A stretch of DNA of 64,000 bases from Raillietiella orientalis. Lineage: Eukaryota. The notes under the pieces are model-generated. The model was not told the DNA's origin. It saw only the letters and a list, made by a program, of their open reading frames with translations, and ran no database searches. Positions 49,801 through 61,700 of this stretch are shown piece by piece. A program made the translations under genes and the position numbers. Location: NCBI GenBank assembly GCA_036172245.1, contig JAYWIR010000009.1:248001-312000 (forward strand). Reading direction: 5' to 3'. Position 1 is the stretch's first letter. Every line of letters starts with the position of its first letter.

Positions 49801-52800
49801 CGAAGCAGTCGCTCCCGTGCAAGAAGCTCCTCTTCGGACGTGGCCTGAGCAGCAGCCACCCTCCCGGCCGGCGCTCCCGAGGCTACAGGAGCGCGCAGAG
49901 GACTGCCACCCGCCAAGTGGACAGGCAGAGGAGGGAGGGTGGACGTTTCGAGTGCCTGCCGAGCCCCGTCCACAGCGGAGCCGCGAAGCCGGCGGGGACG
50001 ATAACGCCCTCTGCAGTCCCTGACCGAGGTTTACTCCTGCCGTCGCCTCTGGAGCCCTGCGCATGAGAGCCGATCCCATCTCACGTGCTGCAGCATCATT
50101 TTGCAGATCGCGCGCACGGACCTCTTTCACGTGGGTGGCCTCTGGGGCAGCCCAGAGGTCCGCCATGTCGTCCGATGGTGCACTGCTTTTTTGTGCACCG
50201 CCGGGTGCACCGGTAACACATAGTGTGCGTTGCCCAGCGCAACCGCTGCACTGCCCGTTGGTAAAGACCTGTTAGAGTTCCGCCCTGGGTCACTTGCACG
50301 GCCTCCCTTCAGTTACCCCGTCTAGCAGCGTACAGATCCGTGTGTGGGACAAGAAGCCCGAGGAACAGGATGCACGGTGGCACCCCTATGGCACAGGGGG
50401 ACGAGGAGCTCCACTAAAGTCTTCAGTGCGCAACGAGAGCGAATATTCTACGGCACTGAGTGCATTTCCAGCACGCTCCATTACACTTTACGTCTCCAGC
50501 AGTTTTTATTTTTATTCCCCCCCCCCCCCGAAAGACGGGTGTAGCTGGCTGCTGGCTAGTGTGCAAATGATGTCATCCGATTCCGCGAAATATCGATCTC
50601 GTTCTCTCTCCAGCATCCATCCTATTTTGGAATCCACGGTTGCCTGTTCCGGGGCTTCGTTTCCTTTTTACGCTTTCATTTCCTCACGTTCTGGTAGTAA
50701 GTAATATAATGATAACGCCCATTAAATGGTTCTCCACTGTCGCTGAGCAACTGCCGTTTAATTCGTCGGTCATCATTTGTTTAATTATCTGCGATCAAAT
50801 TACCGATTTCCTGCTCCCGAAGACGTCGCAGGATCGGCGTCGACTGGCAACCGAGAGAACCTCGGCGGAGGCGGCTGGCTGGCACGGACTCCACGTGCCA
50901 TGCTGGAAGGGGGAAGAGTTTCTCTCCAAGAGCTTGCGTGCCAGAAATGCAATCGCAAGTCAACGATCCAAAAAACCGCAATCACAGGCGAAAACAAGAG
51001 AGAGAATGCGGGAGGCATGGGAGGCAGCAGCAGCAACGTGGTGAAATGGGACTTCCCCGTCTTTGGTGGCTTTGCCAAAAGCACGGAACAAAATTAAAAA
51101 ATAAAATGAGACTCCTCCGATTGTGCGTTTTTTTGGACAGCAAGACTACGGAAACCATTTCTCTACCAAATGCTGCTGCGTACTGTGGGCATAGACCCCC
51201 TATGCCCAAGTCGCGTACACGGTGGTGCTACTGCGGAAACATCACCATCCCTACTAGGTGTACGTCTTCCCGACGGCCATCCTCCTCCTCAAGATTCGCT
51301 TCCTCGGAGCGTGGGGTGGATAATCCCCGTTCCCTGGCTGCCGATCTCACAGTGTCGACTGCTTTCGTAAGGCTTTCTCCCGTCGGTCGCTGCAAACCGT
51401 CCGCTGAAGAAGAAGCTGACTTCCGGGACCGGCCCCGCGGTCCCGAGAGCGTCGTGACGCTCTTCCTCAACAGATGGGGTTGGGGGATGAATGGCGCTTC
51501 TGCACTTCGGAAGCCATGGAAACTCTCAAAGGAACACGTCGGAATCGACTCTCGCAGCTCGGACCCCCCTCCCCCCCTCTGCAGATCTGGGGCTCCCCAC
51601 GGAAATCCCACCCCACCCCCTGCCTGACAACTCGGCAAAATCCTCGACCGAGGTCGGCGTGCAGCGCGTCGCTTTGCGGATCGCGCCCGAATCACGGGAG
51701 AAGGCGCCATGTCTCCACATAGCAAATGCATGCAAGGAGAATTCCTTCCAGACCAAGTTGCCTGCCATGAAGTGTTTTTTTTCCCCTTTCGTGTTCTTCC
51801 AGTTTTTTTTCCGCTTTTTTTTTTGGCGCCGTGAACCAGGAATAAAATGTTCACGATCTCGCAGATACGCTTCCTGCGGAGGGCTTGCTTAGCAACGGCC
51901 GCCATATTCATTCTCCATTGCGGCGTGCTCCTTGTGCGAAGCCTGTTGCCAACGTGAGTACCCCTTTGATGAAATATCATTTTTTCAATCGCTTCGACCC
52001 CTTCGTTTCGATCCCTTAATCGTTTTGCGGTCTCGGCCGAGTGTCGTCCTCGGAAACTGCCGTGCCGGTTGCCCTCGTAAATTCCTCTTTTCGACTTCGG
52101 CCGGCCTCGTGCCGATTCCTGCGATCGCCACGTTGAACTTGCTGTTCTGCTTCCGCCCAAAAGTGGAGGGTTTTTTAAAGCCTGGGCCAAGGCTGTGACC
52201 GTGGATTCTGAAAGGCACGAGACGGGAGTTGCCACAAATGGATCGCGCACGCGCAAGTGGAAAGTGGCAAACGCGAGGGGGGGGGGGAGGAGGAGGAGGA
52301 TCGGCTCGAGTGATTGTGCAGAGAGTGTTAAGGGGCTCCATGCGAGCGAAACCCCCACAAGATAAATGGAGGCCGTAAATAAGAATACACTTAAGACACA
52401 CTGTTCAATCTCCGGCGGGTCCAGCAGCGGACCCGCCGGAGATTCCTCTCTGAAAGCAGCGAAGTTCGCCCCGCGTGCTCGTGGTCGCAGCAGAGGGGTG
52501 GTCTTCTCTACCCGAGGTGCGCGGGGGCCGCCTCCGGCTGGTGGCTCCACGCGAGGTCGCGGAACCCAGGGAGGTCTCGCACCCGTACGCCCTTCGCCCA
52601 CACCTCAAAGTTGGGAAAAAGCCTGCGGCGGGTGCAGCGTTGGATGTGTCTCGCAGGTGATGCCCATGAAATGCGTGACGCACGTGCATGTAGCAAGAAA
52701 CCGTTATGCAAGCAAGGCAGGCGTTGCTTTTAAATGACTAAGCTGAGGATCAAGTTGGGTTCAGTCGGATTCACGCTGTGTAGGTCTTCTGGAAAGTGCG

Positions 52801-53779
52801 GATCCAAACCGTAGTCCCCTCTTCCCGATGGCCCAGGTATAATGTTGCACACATGTCCATCCCCCCCCCCCCTCCACCCCAGATCCGCGTGGCGTTTCGC
52901 TTTGTAAAGTTCAAGTTCAATGCCACAGGTTTACCCTCGCTTGGCAAAAGCTCCGTTGGACACAGACGGTGTCAGCCGTCGACCCGTAGGGCGTTTTCAA
53001 TCAGTCTTCGAGGCACAACACGTTTTGCTTCCAAGAGTTCACATCCATTGAAGCGTTTCACTTGATGTCGACCCAGAGTTCTTCCGTCTTGTAGCGTAGA
53101 TCTCGAAGGTAGGAGGAAACGTCGGATCCGAGAACGAGGCAGGGCTGCGAACTGTTAAAGGTGGTGCACGTGAAAGATGATGGATACCGTGTGGTGCTGC
53201 GGTGGGCCCGTAGCGGTTGATCCCACTCTATCGTGGAACCGCAGCGACTAAGCGCGTAGAACAGAGACGCCCCCGCACCCTTCTTTCAAAGGCAAAGTTC
53301 CGCAGCAGTGCTGTTCAGCTGAAAGCTTCATCCCGCATCTTCTTCCTCCTGCGATCATCTTGCCACGCTTCCGGTGCAGGTTCCCTTACGCTTGCCAGCA
53401 ATTCTCACCTATGCGCGTTGCCAGTCGAAGGAGAACCCTATTGTGAAAAAAAAAAAAAAAACAAAAAAAAAAAAAAAAAGGAAGCACAGCAAGGCCGGTT
53501 CCTTTCCTGGCACGAACTTCTTCCCTTTGGTCGCATCGCCACGTTTTGTGAAAATTTCAGTGCGGTATTGTTTTTCGGTACGCAAGCGGAGACGCGGGAT
53601 GTTGAATCGACAACCTCCAATCCCTTCGTTTCCGGGTCTTTTTCCCTTGGGTGCTCAGCGCCAACGGTTTCCTTGGCACCTTGGCGTCCTGCAGGCACTG
53701 CTTTATAAAGTGTTGCCTACAGTTTCCATGTAGGAGTAGGCACGGCAGGTCTTGCCCCACTTCCTGCCCATTAGAACTG

Positions 53780-55690
53780 AATGGGAACCACTGGGTCCCA
53801 TCAAACGTTGCTTGTGAAACTCCGTATAATAAAATCACTAGGATGGAACTTGAGGCGTCCAATCTGAGTTCGAAATCCACAGGGAGCGTCGAGCCAAGCA
53901 TTTCTAGCCACAGGTAACAACAGAAATCTTTCAAAACAGAAACGGTCGCAGGTGGTGTGGACAAGCTGCCTCCCGGAACCACGCCCAACCTTATGCTCGA
54001 GGCCGCTTTATTCTTTGGCGGCAGAGAAAAATTTTGACCAGGTCGTGCCTGGGAATGCCAGCTTCGACTCCCATTTGTCGAAAGACTCGGAGAACTTTGC
54101 ACCTATAGGCATTCTTTCCTTTTTATCAGGGTGTGCCGAACGCACGCGTTTCGGAAGTTTCACTGCGCACGGATTGCGCGAAAGGGGAGTGAGTAGTTCG
54201 CCGCAGCTTCGTGTGAGATACTGGAACAGCAAGGATGATGCAAAGGATTCCCGGTTTGCGGCCATGTGGCTTGAAGTTTAAGGGTCTTCGCCACCTCTTG
54301 GTAGGGTCTGCAGCCTTCGCCTAGTTGCACTCTTCATCAGGAGTCGTCTGTACACCACCTGCCGTTTTCCGTGGCTTTCTTTCTGAGGGGCTTGTTGACG
54401 TCATCCACCGTTGCGCGTACCATGTTGGATCGAAAACGAAGTGTTGGGGAGCAGGGAGGTTTCACGTTTCCAAGGGCCTTCGTGTTCACTGGAAGGATTC
54501 TTTTGGCACCCGACGAGCGCGAAGCAGTCGAGGTTTCCAAAGAATGTACACGATAGTCGATTGAAGGTCGAATCGGGGCTGGTTGAAGCAAGGAAGAGGA
54601 ATCCAGGAAGCGGCGGTTGAGGGAACACCACAGGTTGGGTGAAGAAGGTGCTGTGAAACCTCGGCCGGACCGGGGCCAGAGCAAAACCAGCGAGACTCGA
54701 GTTCTTTTCCAAGCGCGGTTTTGTCCTGGGTCAGCGACTGTAGCCAGCGCAACCGGAAGCTGTGATGCCAGCACCGCAGATTGCCAGGAACGTTCACATC
54801 CACCGGGAAGAGGACCCAAGAGTAGCAGAAGGTCGCGAAGGCAGCGCTGCGTGTTCTACTCACCGAGAGGTCGCGCCGCACGATGGAAAGAGACGCAATG
54901 GTCAGAGGAAGAAAAGACCTCTGCAACAAGTAGGCGGGAACCGATCCCCGGTTGCAAGCGAAATCTTCCGAAAGCCAATAGCACTTGACAGAAAAGATGC
55001 AAGCTTCAGTGTTGCTTGCTAGCGGACTCTTCATCCATCTCTTCATTCTCTTCATCCATCTTCACTCTTCATCCTGCGTTTCTCGAGGGCCTGGTCATTT
55101 GTTCCCTGAAGTGTCTTTCGAGCGGTGTTATCTCGAGGAACTTTTCCTTTGCCAGTCCCCGCAAAACCACTTCACATTTGCCCGTGAAGTGCCCCCGCCC
55201 CTCATCCGATTGAGGAGCCACTTGCTAGTCGGTCCCACCGGAGTCGCCTGCCAAGGCAAATACGGGAAGCGGATCTTGCGAGTTCAGGGGGCAAAAGAGG
55301 TCGAGAGTTTCTATGCACGTCAGGCAAGAACGGCGGCCACGGTGCAGCACCGGGAATTTAAAAATACTCGAGGCCGCTTCCGTCGGATGCGAAGCAGCGG
55401 AAGAACCACATGGCGGAAGGGAAGGTGGGCCAGTCGTAGAATCGCCCCCTCGTGTGCTGCCGGCCTGATGATTCACGCTCGGCACGCACCAGAGGCCCGA
55501 CTTTCCGTCGGCGATTCTCTCGACGTTTCCGCCGTCCGTGGATTGGAGCGCCCGTTCTCGTACGCTGCACGATGGGCCGGAAAGCTCTCCCACCGAGTGG
55601 GTAGCAACAGAGTTCGTTCCCATTGTAGGGAAGTCCCCTCGCTGCACATCCCGGAAGCGAAGATCCCCCTCACCATTTCGCTTGCGTCCT
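53780..55690 (+). mobile_element. Decayed Transib (RAG1-core-related) DDE transposase
   Basis: Collinear remnants across frameshifts: KIT-DGT*GV (first Asp, 53842); QVVWT..PEPRPTLCSRPLYSLAAE (WxNxxPSSxxxCRP-like); VRYWNSKDDAK (second Asp region, about 54235); RK-IQE..LRE..LG..KPRPDRGQSKTSETRVLF (LGLxVDxPKxGxGxxNDGNTARRFF-like); LASGLFI; PPPLIRLRSHLLVG (MPxTVHKxLxHG-like); QHREFKNTRGRFRRMRS (NKxFxxxRxxxxRKxSR-like); DP-LT near 55660. Comparison made from memory of family motifs. Confidence 0.55.
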
Positions 55691-56349
55691 GGGTGAAGGG
55701 AAAAACCTGGCGGTGCAAGTCTACGGTCGGCCTTGGAAAATGCGTCTTTTTTTTTTTTTTTTTTTTTCCCGTTGCTCCTGGGTCGCTGACGCAAGGCAGA
55801 AAGATATGATTGTGATGCTCGATATGGCAAGGCGTAGGGGAAAAGAGAGCGGGAGGTGGTGAGGGGCCGGCCAGCAACAGGGCACGGCCCGAGCGAACCA
55901 GCCAGGGCGGTGTGTGAACTTGCCAGGGACTTGAGCAGGAGCGGGAGGGAGCGTGTGTGCTCACAGAAGATCCTTCCTCGCTTCCAAAGGGAGGCACCGT
56001 GGCCACCGTGGTTGTGCTTCCACGCGAAACCCCGGTCTCGCGAAGGTCGTGGCACCACCGTTTGAAAACGCTTTTTTGCGTGTGCGTGTGCTTGGCGCCG
56101 GTGGGGTCCGTTGCTGCACTCCCGTTGTCATTCCCCGGATCGACTTTTCCGGTTTTGTCCTGTGATCTTCCCGTGCGGCTCAGTTCTTCATCGGTAAGCG
56201 CGAGGAAAGAATCTGACCGGTGGTTCAAGACGTCAGAAAGATGACATCTGCGCCTGGAGTTTTCCCAGCCCGATTCCGGCTTGAGCTCTGCGTGTCGCCG
56301 TTTTTCGGAAATCTCGATGGTCAGCAAACGAGCCGCCGTTGTCAGCTGC

Positions 56350-58750
56350 CGAGTTGGGCGATGGTCTCGGCGTCTTCTGGGAGACGGTGGGCACCACGCG
56401 TTCGCGTGGGGGTTTGTCGCTCGCCACCAACCACTTGCGTCCTTACTTTCGGGAAAGTGCGCGAAGGGAGCTTTGGGGGAGAAATGGGTCCGAGAAGGAA
56501 AAAGGTACCCTCGTTATTTTTAAACACGCCTCAGAAAAAGAAATCCCGGAGCTGGCATGGGCGTGTATTTTTAGAGACTTTCCTCAATGCGAGTGGGGAA
56601 CCCGTTGTTCCTCCTGCCCTGCCAATTCCCTCCTGCTATCACAACAAACGGAAACACTTCCCTAAAGGTCCTGACGTTTCGAGAACCCGGGAGCGCAGCC
56701 CCGAGATCCAGGTTGGGTTCCTCCGTCTGCCGGCAAGGGCGTGGCCCAGTTCCATTGTTGCGAGCTTCCGGGGCGGAGGAAGCTCGGCGTGGAGGCGAAG
56801 ACTGGTCCCGCGGAATTGGGCATCCCCCGGGGTATTCGTATCGGCGTCGAAGAGCTTCGCGCCCCCGTCCTTTGCTGCTTCCTTTCCTTCGTCCTCCTTT
56901 TCGACAGACGGGGAAGCGGTAGCGAGAACTTCCCGGCACTTCTTCTTCGTTCCTTCCCCCTCCCCCCCCCATTTCCTTCTGTCCAGCCAGCGAATGGGGG
57001 CGCAGTGATGCCCGGATGGACTGGTACTTCGTTCATCGTACGGCCGCGAGGAGACCTTTCGGGCTGACCACCAGGCATTCCCAGCCCGGAAGAGCGAAGG
57101 TGCTGCCGTGTGCCGCCATCCTCGCCGGGAAACGGACACAAAGCACGCTTTCCGGTGAATCAGTGACCACTGACTGCTGACCAGTGCGTGCGCACGCGCG
57201 CTGCAAGCCCCCCGTCTTCCACTTGCACTCTTTTGAATCGGTAAATCAGCTCGGCCATCCGATTTCACCACCAATCATAATAATAAATAAAAGAGAGGAA
57301 AAGCTCGCGTAAAATGTGAGGCGCGTGTGTGCTGCTGTTTTGCTTGCAGCCACTCTTCCTGGTGTTTCCTTCTTGTTTTCGTGAACGAACGTGAAATGCC
57401 ATTCCCACGGAGGACCGCAGCCGGGACCTTGAAGGAGATTAATCGACGTCGGGATTGCATCTTATTGAAGGCACGCGTATCGCGAGGCTGCCTCTCTGTG
57501 TGTTGGGGCGATCGCATGGCCGTTTAGCCTTTAGAAAAATGAATGGGTATCGAAGTAACAACATCCAAGAGCTACACCACTCCAGCTCGTGAACAACGTG
57601 TGGCCCTTCTGCTTTTTATGCGCGGTATTCCACTCGGCGTACGAGTTCCGGTGCGGGGAATGCGTACAGATGGTCGTAAATCTCTTGATGAAATGGTTCC
57701 ACGATCACGGCAGCGGTCTCATTTCTCTCTCTCTCCCTCCCTCCCTCCCTCTGCGATGTCCACTGTGTTTGCCATCTTGAGCGCGGCCTTTGAGAAAGGG
57801 ATTCTTCGGCATGAGGCTGCGCGTCGCCTTGTGTCTTTCCCGTGTGTCGCTCATCGGATAAGAGGCATTTGGTTTTGGGCGATCGAATTTGCGAGGGTGA
57901 GTCATCAGGGGCTGCTGCTGCATCCCCGCCACAAAGTTTCGAGCTGGCATTGCCGATCGCACGGAGGAACTTTTCGGAATGCTTTGCTCAAGACAGCCGA
58001 GTAGATTTCGCTGCTTGCCGGACGCTGGCGCTTTCCGTACGCGAAGGTTCTCGTCGTCCGTCGAGAAGAGTTTGTTCCGCGTGCCGATTCCCTCAGAAGA
58101 CGGTCGACAGCCGTTCCAGATGGCCTCTGATGCAACTCGTCGTTGACTTCGGGTCCGTGCGCAGGCATTCTTTGATTCCCAGACGCCATTTTCCCGTCCA
58201 TCTGCTCCGTGCAGTGTGTTCATCGTCTTCTCTGTACAGTATCCCCTGATCGCCGGCGGAACGTTCTCCCTGACGAAATGCCAAAGTTCGTGATCGGTTG
58301 CCGTTACGATGGGAGTTTCCCCTATCCAAGAGGCACCTGTGCTCCGCAGTGCCTGCCGACTTTTTCTCCTCCTGCCGGGCGAGCTGCTTCCAGAGAACAG
58401 CGCCCCGTTCACTGCAATTTTTGGCTCTCCAGCAAACGGCTGGTTACTGCTGCAATCAGTCGGCAGTCTTTAGTGCAGTACCCGAAAAGCCGGCGAAGAG
58501 CAGAGAGAGTCACGCGTCACGTAGTAAACATTCCTGGGAGACGGGCGTAGCCCAGAAGGTTCATTGCCGGTTGGGCGTTCTGTTTGTTTTCGTCGGAGAG
58601 TGTCGAAGGACAACCACCACGCATTTTGGACTCTGGAGATCTAAATGTAAGATGAATTCTCCAGTGGCGGTGTTCCGTGAAATGTTGCAGGTGCACGCGC
58701 ATCGCGCACTCTTCGCGATACGCCATTACCCGAATTCATAAGTGTGCTCT
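56350..58750 (-). mobile_element. Decayed Helitron Rep-helicase
   Basis: On minus, in order: AYREECAMRVHLQH...IHL (EFQxRGxPHxH HUH-like, about 58700); DHELWHFVREN (DxELxxxV-like); RNFV..PLM..KF..N and PFLKGRA (NxxVVPYNPxL/KYxxKGxD-like); EIYDHL; then VLATAS and LDLGAAL..RNVRTFREVFPFVVIAGGNWQ (Pif1 FGGxxVxxxGDFxQ-like, about 56640). Confidence 0.5.
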
Positions 58751-61700
58751 CTGTCGTGATGAAGGCGAAGCGCGCGTTCCAGGGAGTGTTCGATCCCTGG
58801 AACGGAAACCGAAGCGCGTGCTTGAATGCAGCGGATGGCGTTGATGCTCCCGGTGGCTCCGAGTTCCCCCCTCCCCCCATCTGCCCCCATGCGGCTTCCT
58901 CAACTTTCGCAGGGCAGAGACCTCGGGCTTTTCCCAAGTGCATTCGCGCGCGGCGATGTGCTCCACTCCTCGCGGAACTCTCGGATTTCATCCCTTCCCG
59001 CGCTCTTCCTGTTTGGATCCACCCGAGCGCCTTCCGATCAAACTCCAGAAAAGGACGCGGGGTATCTCTCGATCCATTGGCACGAACGCGCCACGCACTT
59101 CCGGGAGCGTGCACTCTTCTCGCGTGGAAGCGCTTTCCGAGCTATAAATACCCTAAGCGCGGTGCGCAACAATAGAACCGGAGACATCGGATTCTCCATG
59201 GCAACAGTGGAGCCTGCCGGAAAGGATCCCTCGCGGATTTGCCTAAAGGACGGCGAGCTGCTTGCGACTCCTCCGGCGTCGCCTCCTGGGTGCCATGAGG
59301 GCCGCACACGGCGATACACCTCCCGATCTTCTCCGTGATTAGGTTTCTGTTGCCATGGTCACCACGCATCATTAGCTCCCTAATTGGTTTCGGTTCTTAT
59401 AAAAAATAACAAGGCGCGTGAAAGGCGGGAAGCACGGGTTCATCACCATGTAGCCGTGCACGTGGAAAGCGCCAAGTCAGACGGAAGAAAGGAGGAAAGA
59501 GAGAGAGGGGGGGGGGAAGGGGTGGTCCCGTTAATTTGCGTTTCCAACAGCACGACGCCTGCCCGTGACAACGCAGCCGACTGTCTGTCCCGAAAGATCA
59601 TACGAACTTCACGAGAGCCGGAACAGCGGTGGGATTGGCGTACCGAAGGAAAGCTACCTGCAGACGACGGGAGGAACGCACCTTTCACTCCGAGGGCCCC
59701 GTGCTCGGGCTGCTCGCACCGAAGGGCATTCCGGAGGAGTAGCAGCAGCTTCATGGACTCCGTGCGGGATCGGATCACATCCCAGACGAACGGCAAGAGC
59801 TTCCGAGCAGATCGGGAGGAAGAAACGAATGGGCGATCGAGAACGGGCAAAGGGGAGGGGGAAAGGGAGGAACGGAACAGCTTCCGAGAGTGACCCCAAA
59901 TCTTATTATGAAAGGCCCAGGTGCCCGGCTGCACAAGCGGTTTCGGAGAGAGCGCAAGAGCAGGGGTGTCACCCGTAGTAAAAGGAATGCGCACTCGCGT
60001 GAAAAGCGGGCTGGCTCGTTGATGTCTCGGCTCGGCTTTCCGTTTCGCGGACCCTCTTGCGGTGGCAGAGGGTCCGCGAAACCGAAAAGTCGGCATGGCG
60101 CGCTCACCTGCGCCAGGAATGCCGGGAATCAGCAAAAAAGGCGCGCGGTAGGAGAGGACGCCAAAGGGCATCGCTTCGCGTCGTGCGAGGAGCGCACCGC
60201 CGCGACGAAGAACAGGACGAAGAGGAGGAGGAAGAGGGGGCGCTCTGTCGTTTTGCTCGTTCCACGTGACACGCGTCCCGCCCGCTTGTCACGTGGAACG
60301 AGCGAATCTTTCCAAGTTGCGAGCGTAACCAGGGAGCACGATCGTTATCGCCGCCGCCTGCGCCGGCAGAGCGCGTCCCTGACCTCGTAGTTTGTTGCAG
60401 CTTCATCCGGCTGAAACTGAGCCCTGCTCGAACGGCCCTTAATTGATGCGGGAGTACGCCGGAGGCTCATCCGGAGTTGAGTTGCGAACGAAAGTGTGCG
60501 GGAAGGAGGTTGCTCCGCGCAGATGACCCCCCCCCCCCCCCCCCCGTTGGTTTCCGTTGCCGCGGAGCCCATCTCCGCACTCGAACCCGCAAGGCGCATC
60601 TCGGCGCGCGGGAGCTGCAGGCCTGGTTCAGCGCTGCCCGGTTTCCCACCGAGCGGCGGAATCGCCGGCGAGGAAGGTGCGGCTACCGGCCAGGCGGAAC
60701 GAAGCGGAGGCAACTCGCATCTCGCGGTCGGTTCCCCCGGGCTTCGTCTGCGCTCCGAGCTGTTGCCTCGCCGCACGCGATCTGGAACGCTCCGAGCCGC
60801 GCCGGCAAGCGGGGTCGCCACCTCGGTTGCCGAGCAAACCGGGGAAGAGGCGTGGCTGTCGTCGCACGAGGTCCCGTCGCCGAGTTGTCCTCGGCGACGG
60901 GACCTTTCCGCGTGCAGGGGAGAGCCACCGGCTTGGACTCTTCGCCGAAGCCGGAAGAGGACCTCGGCCTTCGCCACTGCTGACGTGAGCAGGTCGCAAA
61001 GGGACAGATTCGGTGGTGTTAGCAGATGTGTCCGGAATGCGCGCCTCCGGGCGTGCGGCGGAACCGCCACCGCTCGTCAATGATGCGCGAAAGCGAACGG
61101 GGAGGTATGGCGCCGCTCCTCGGATTCTTCCTGTCCCCTTCTCCGCCTTGCACGGTTCCACTCTGCGTGCATGCAATTCCCGTGCGTGGCGTCACGCTCA
61201 CGCAGGTTTCCGTGCCGCGTCGTGTCCCCCGTGCTCAGGCTCCGTGTGGTCAGTTGCATGTGCTCTTGGAGTGAAGCTCGCCGTGCTGTACGTGTCGTTG
61301 CCGTGGAGACCACCGGCCTCTACGGTGGGCGGATGGGAGGAAGACCGTTTGCGTGTGGATGTTGCGAACACACGGGAGGCCGCTGTCGTCACATCCCCGT
61401 GGTCCGGAGAGGAGTCCACTAGCCAGGGGCGGTGCTGCGTCGCGGAGAGCGCAGGAGCGCGGCGACCCCTCCTTTCATCCGGCCGACGGAATGGTCGTTA
61501 GCGCCATCCTCTCGTGCCCGGCTCGTTCGAGAAGGGCATCATCGGCGACTCCTATCAGGGGACGCCGTGCATCCCCGGTCAGGGTGACTGCATTCGCCTC
61601 CCCCCCGCAAGGGAAGAAAAAAATCCGCCGAAGGAGCCATCGTCGTTCTAGAACTTTCCTTTTGCACGAGCGTTTAGCTTCTGCTGCCGCCATCACGGCG

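Noticed and set aside
51228..52601. 457-aa minus-strand ORF
   Set aside because: No domain recognised; it runs through homopolymer tracts and looks like chance or TE-derived sequence.
51348..57767. CACAGTG (51348) and CACTGTG (57761) as RSS-like TIRs around the Transib relic
   Set aside because: No similarity beyond the heptamer, no matching 5-bp TSD, and the right site lies inside the Helitron-like relic.
55700..58750. RAG2-like gene tail-to-tail with the transposase (ProtoRAG layout)
   Set aside because: No kelch or PHD pattern visible; the minus-strand motifs fit a Helitron Rep-helicase better.
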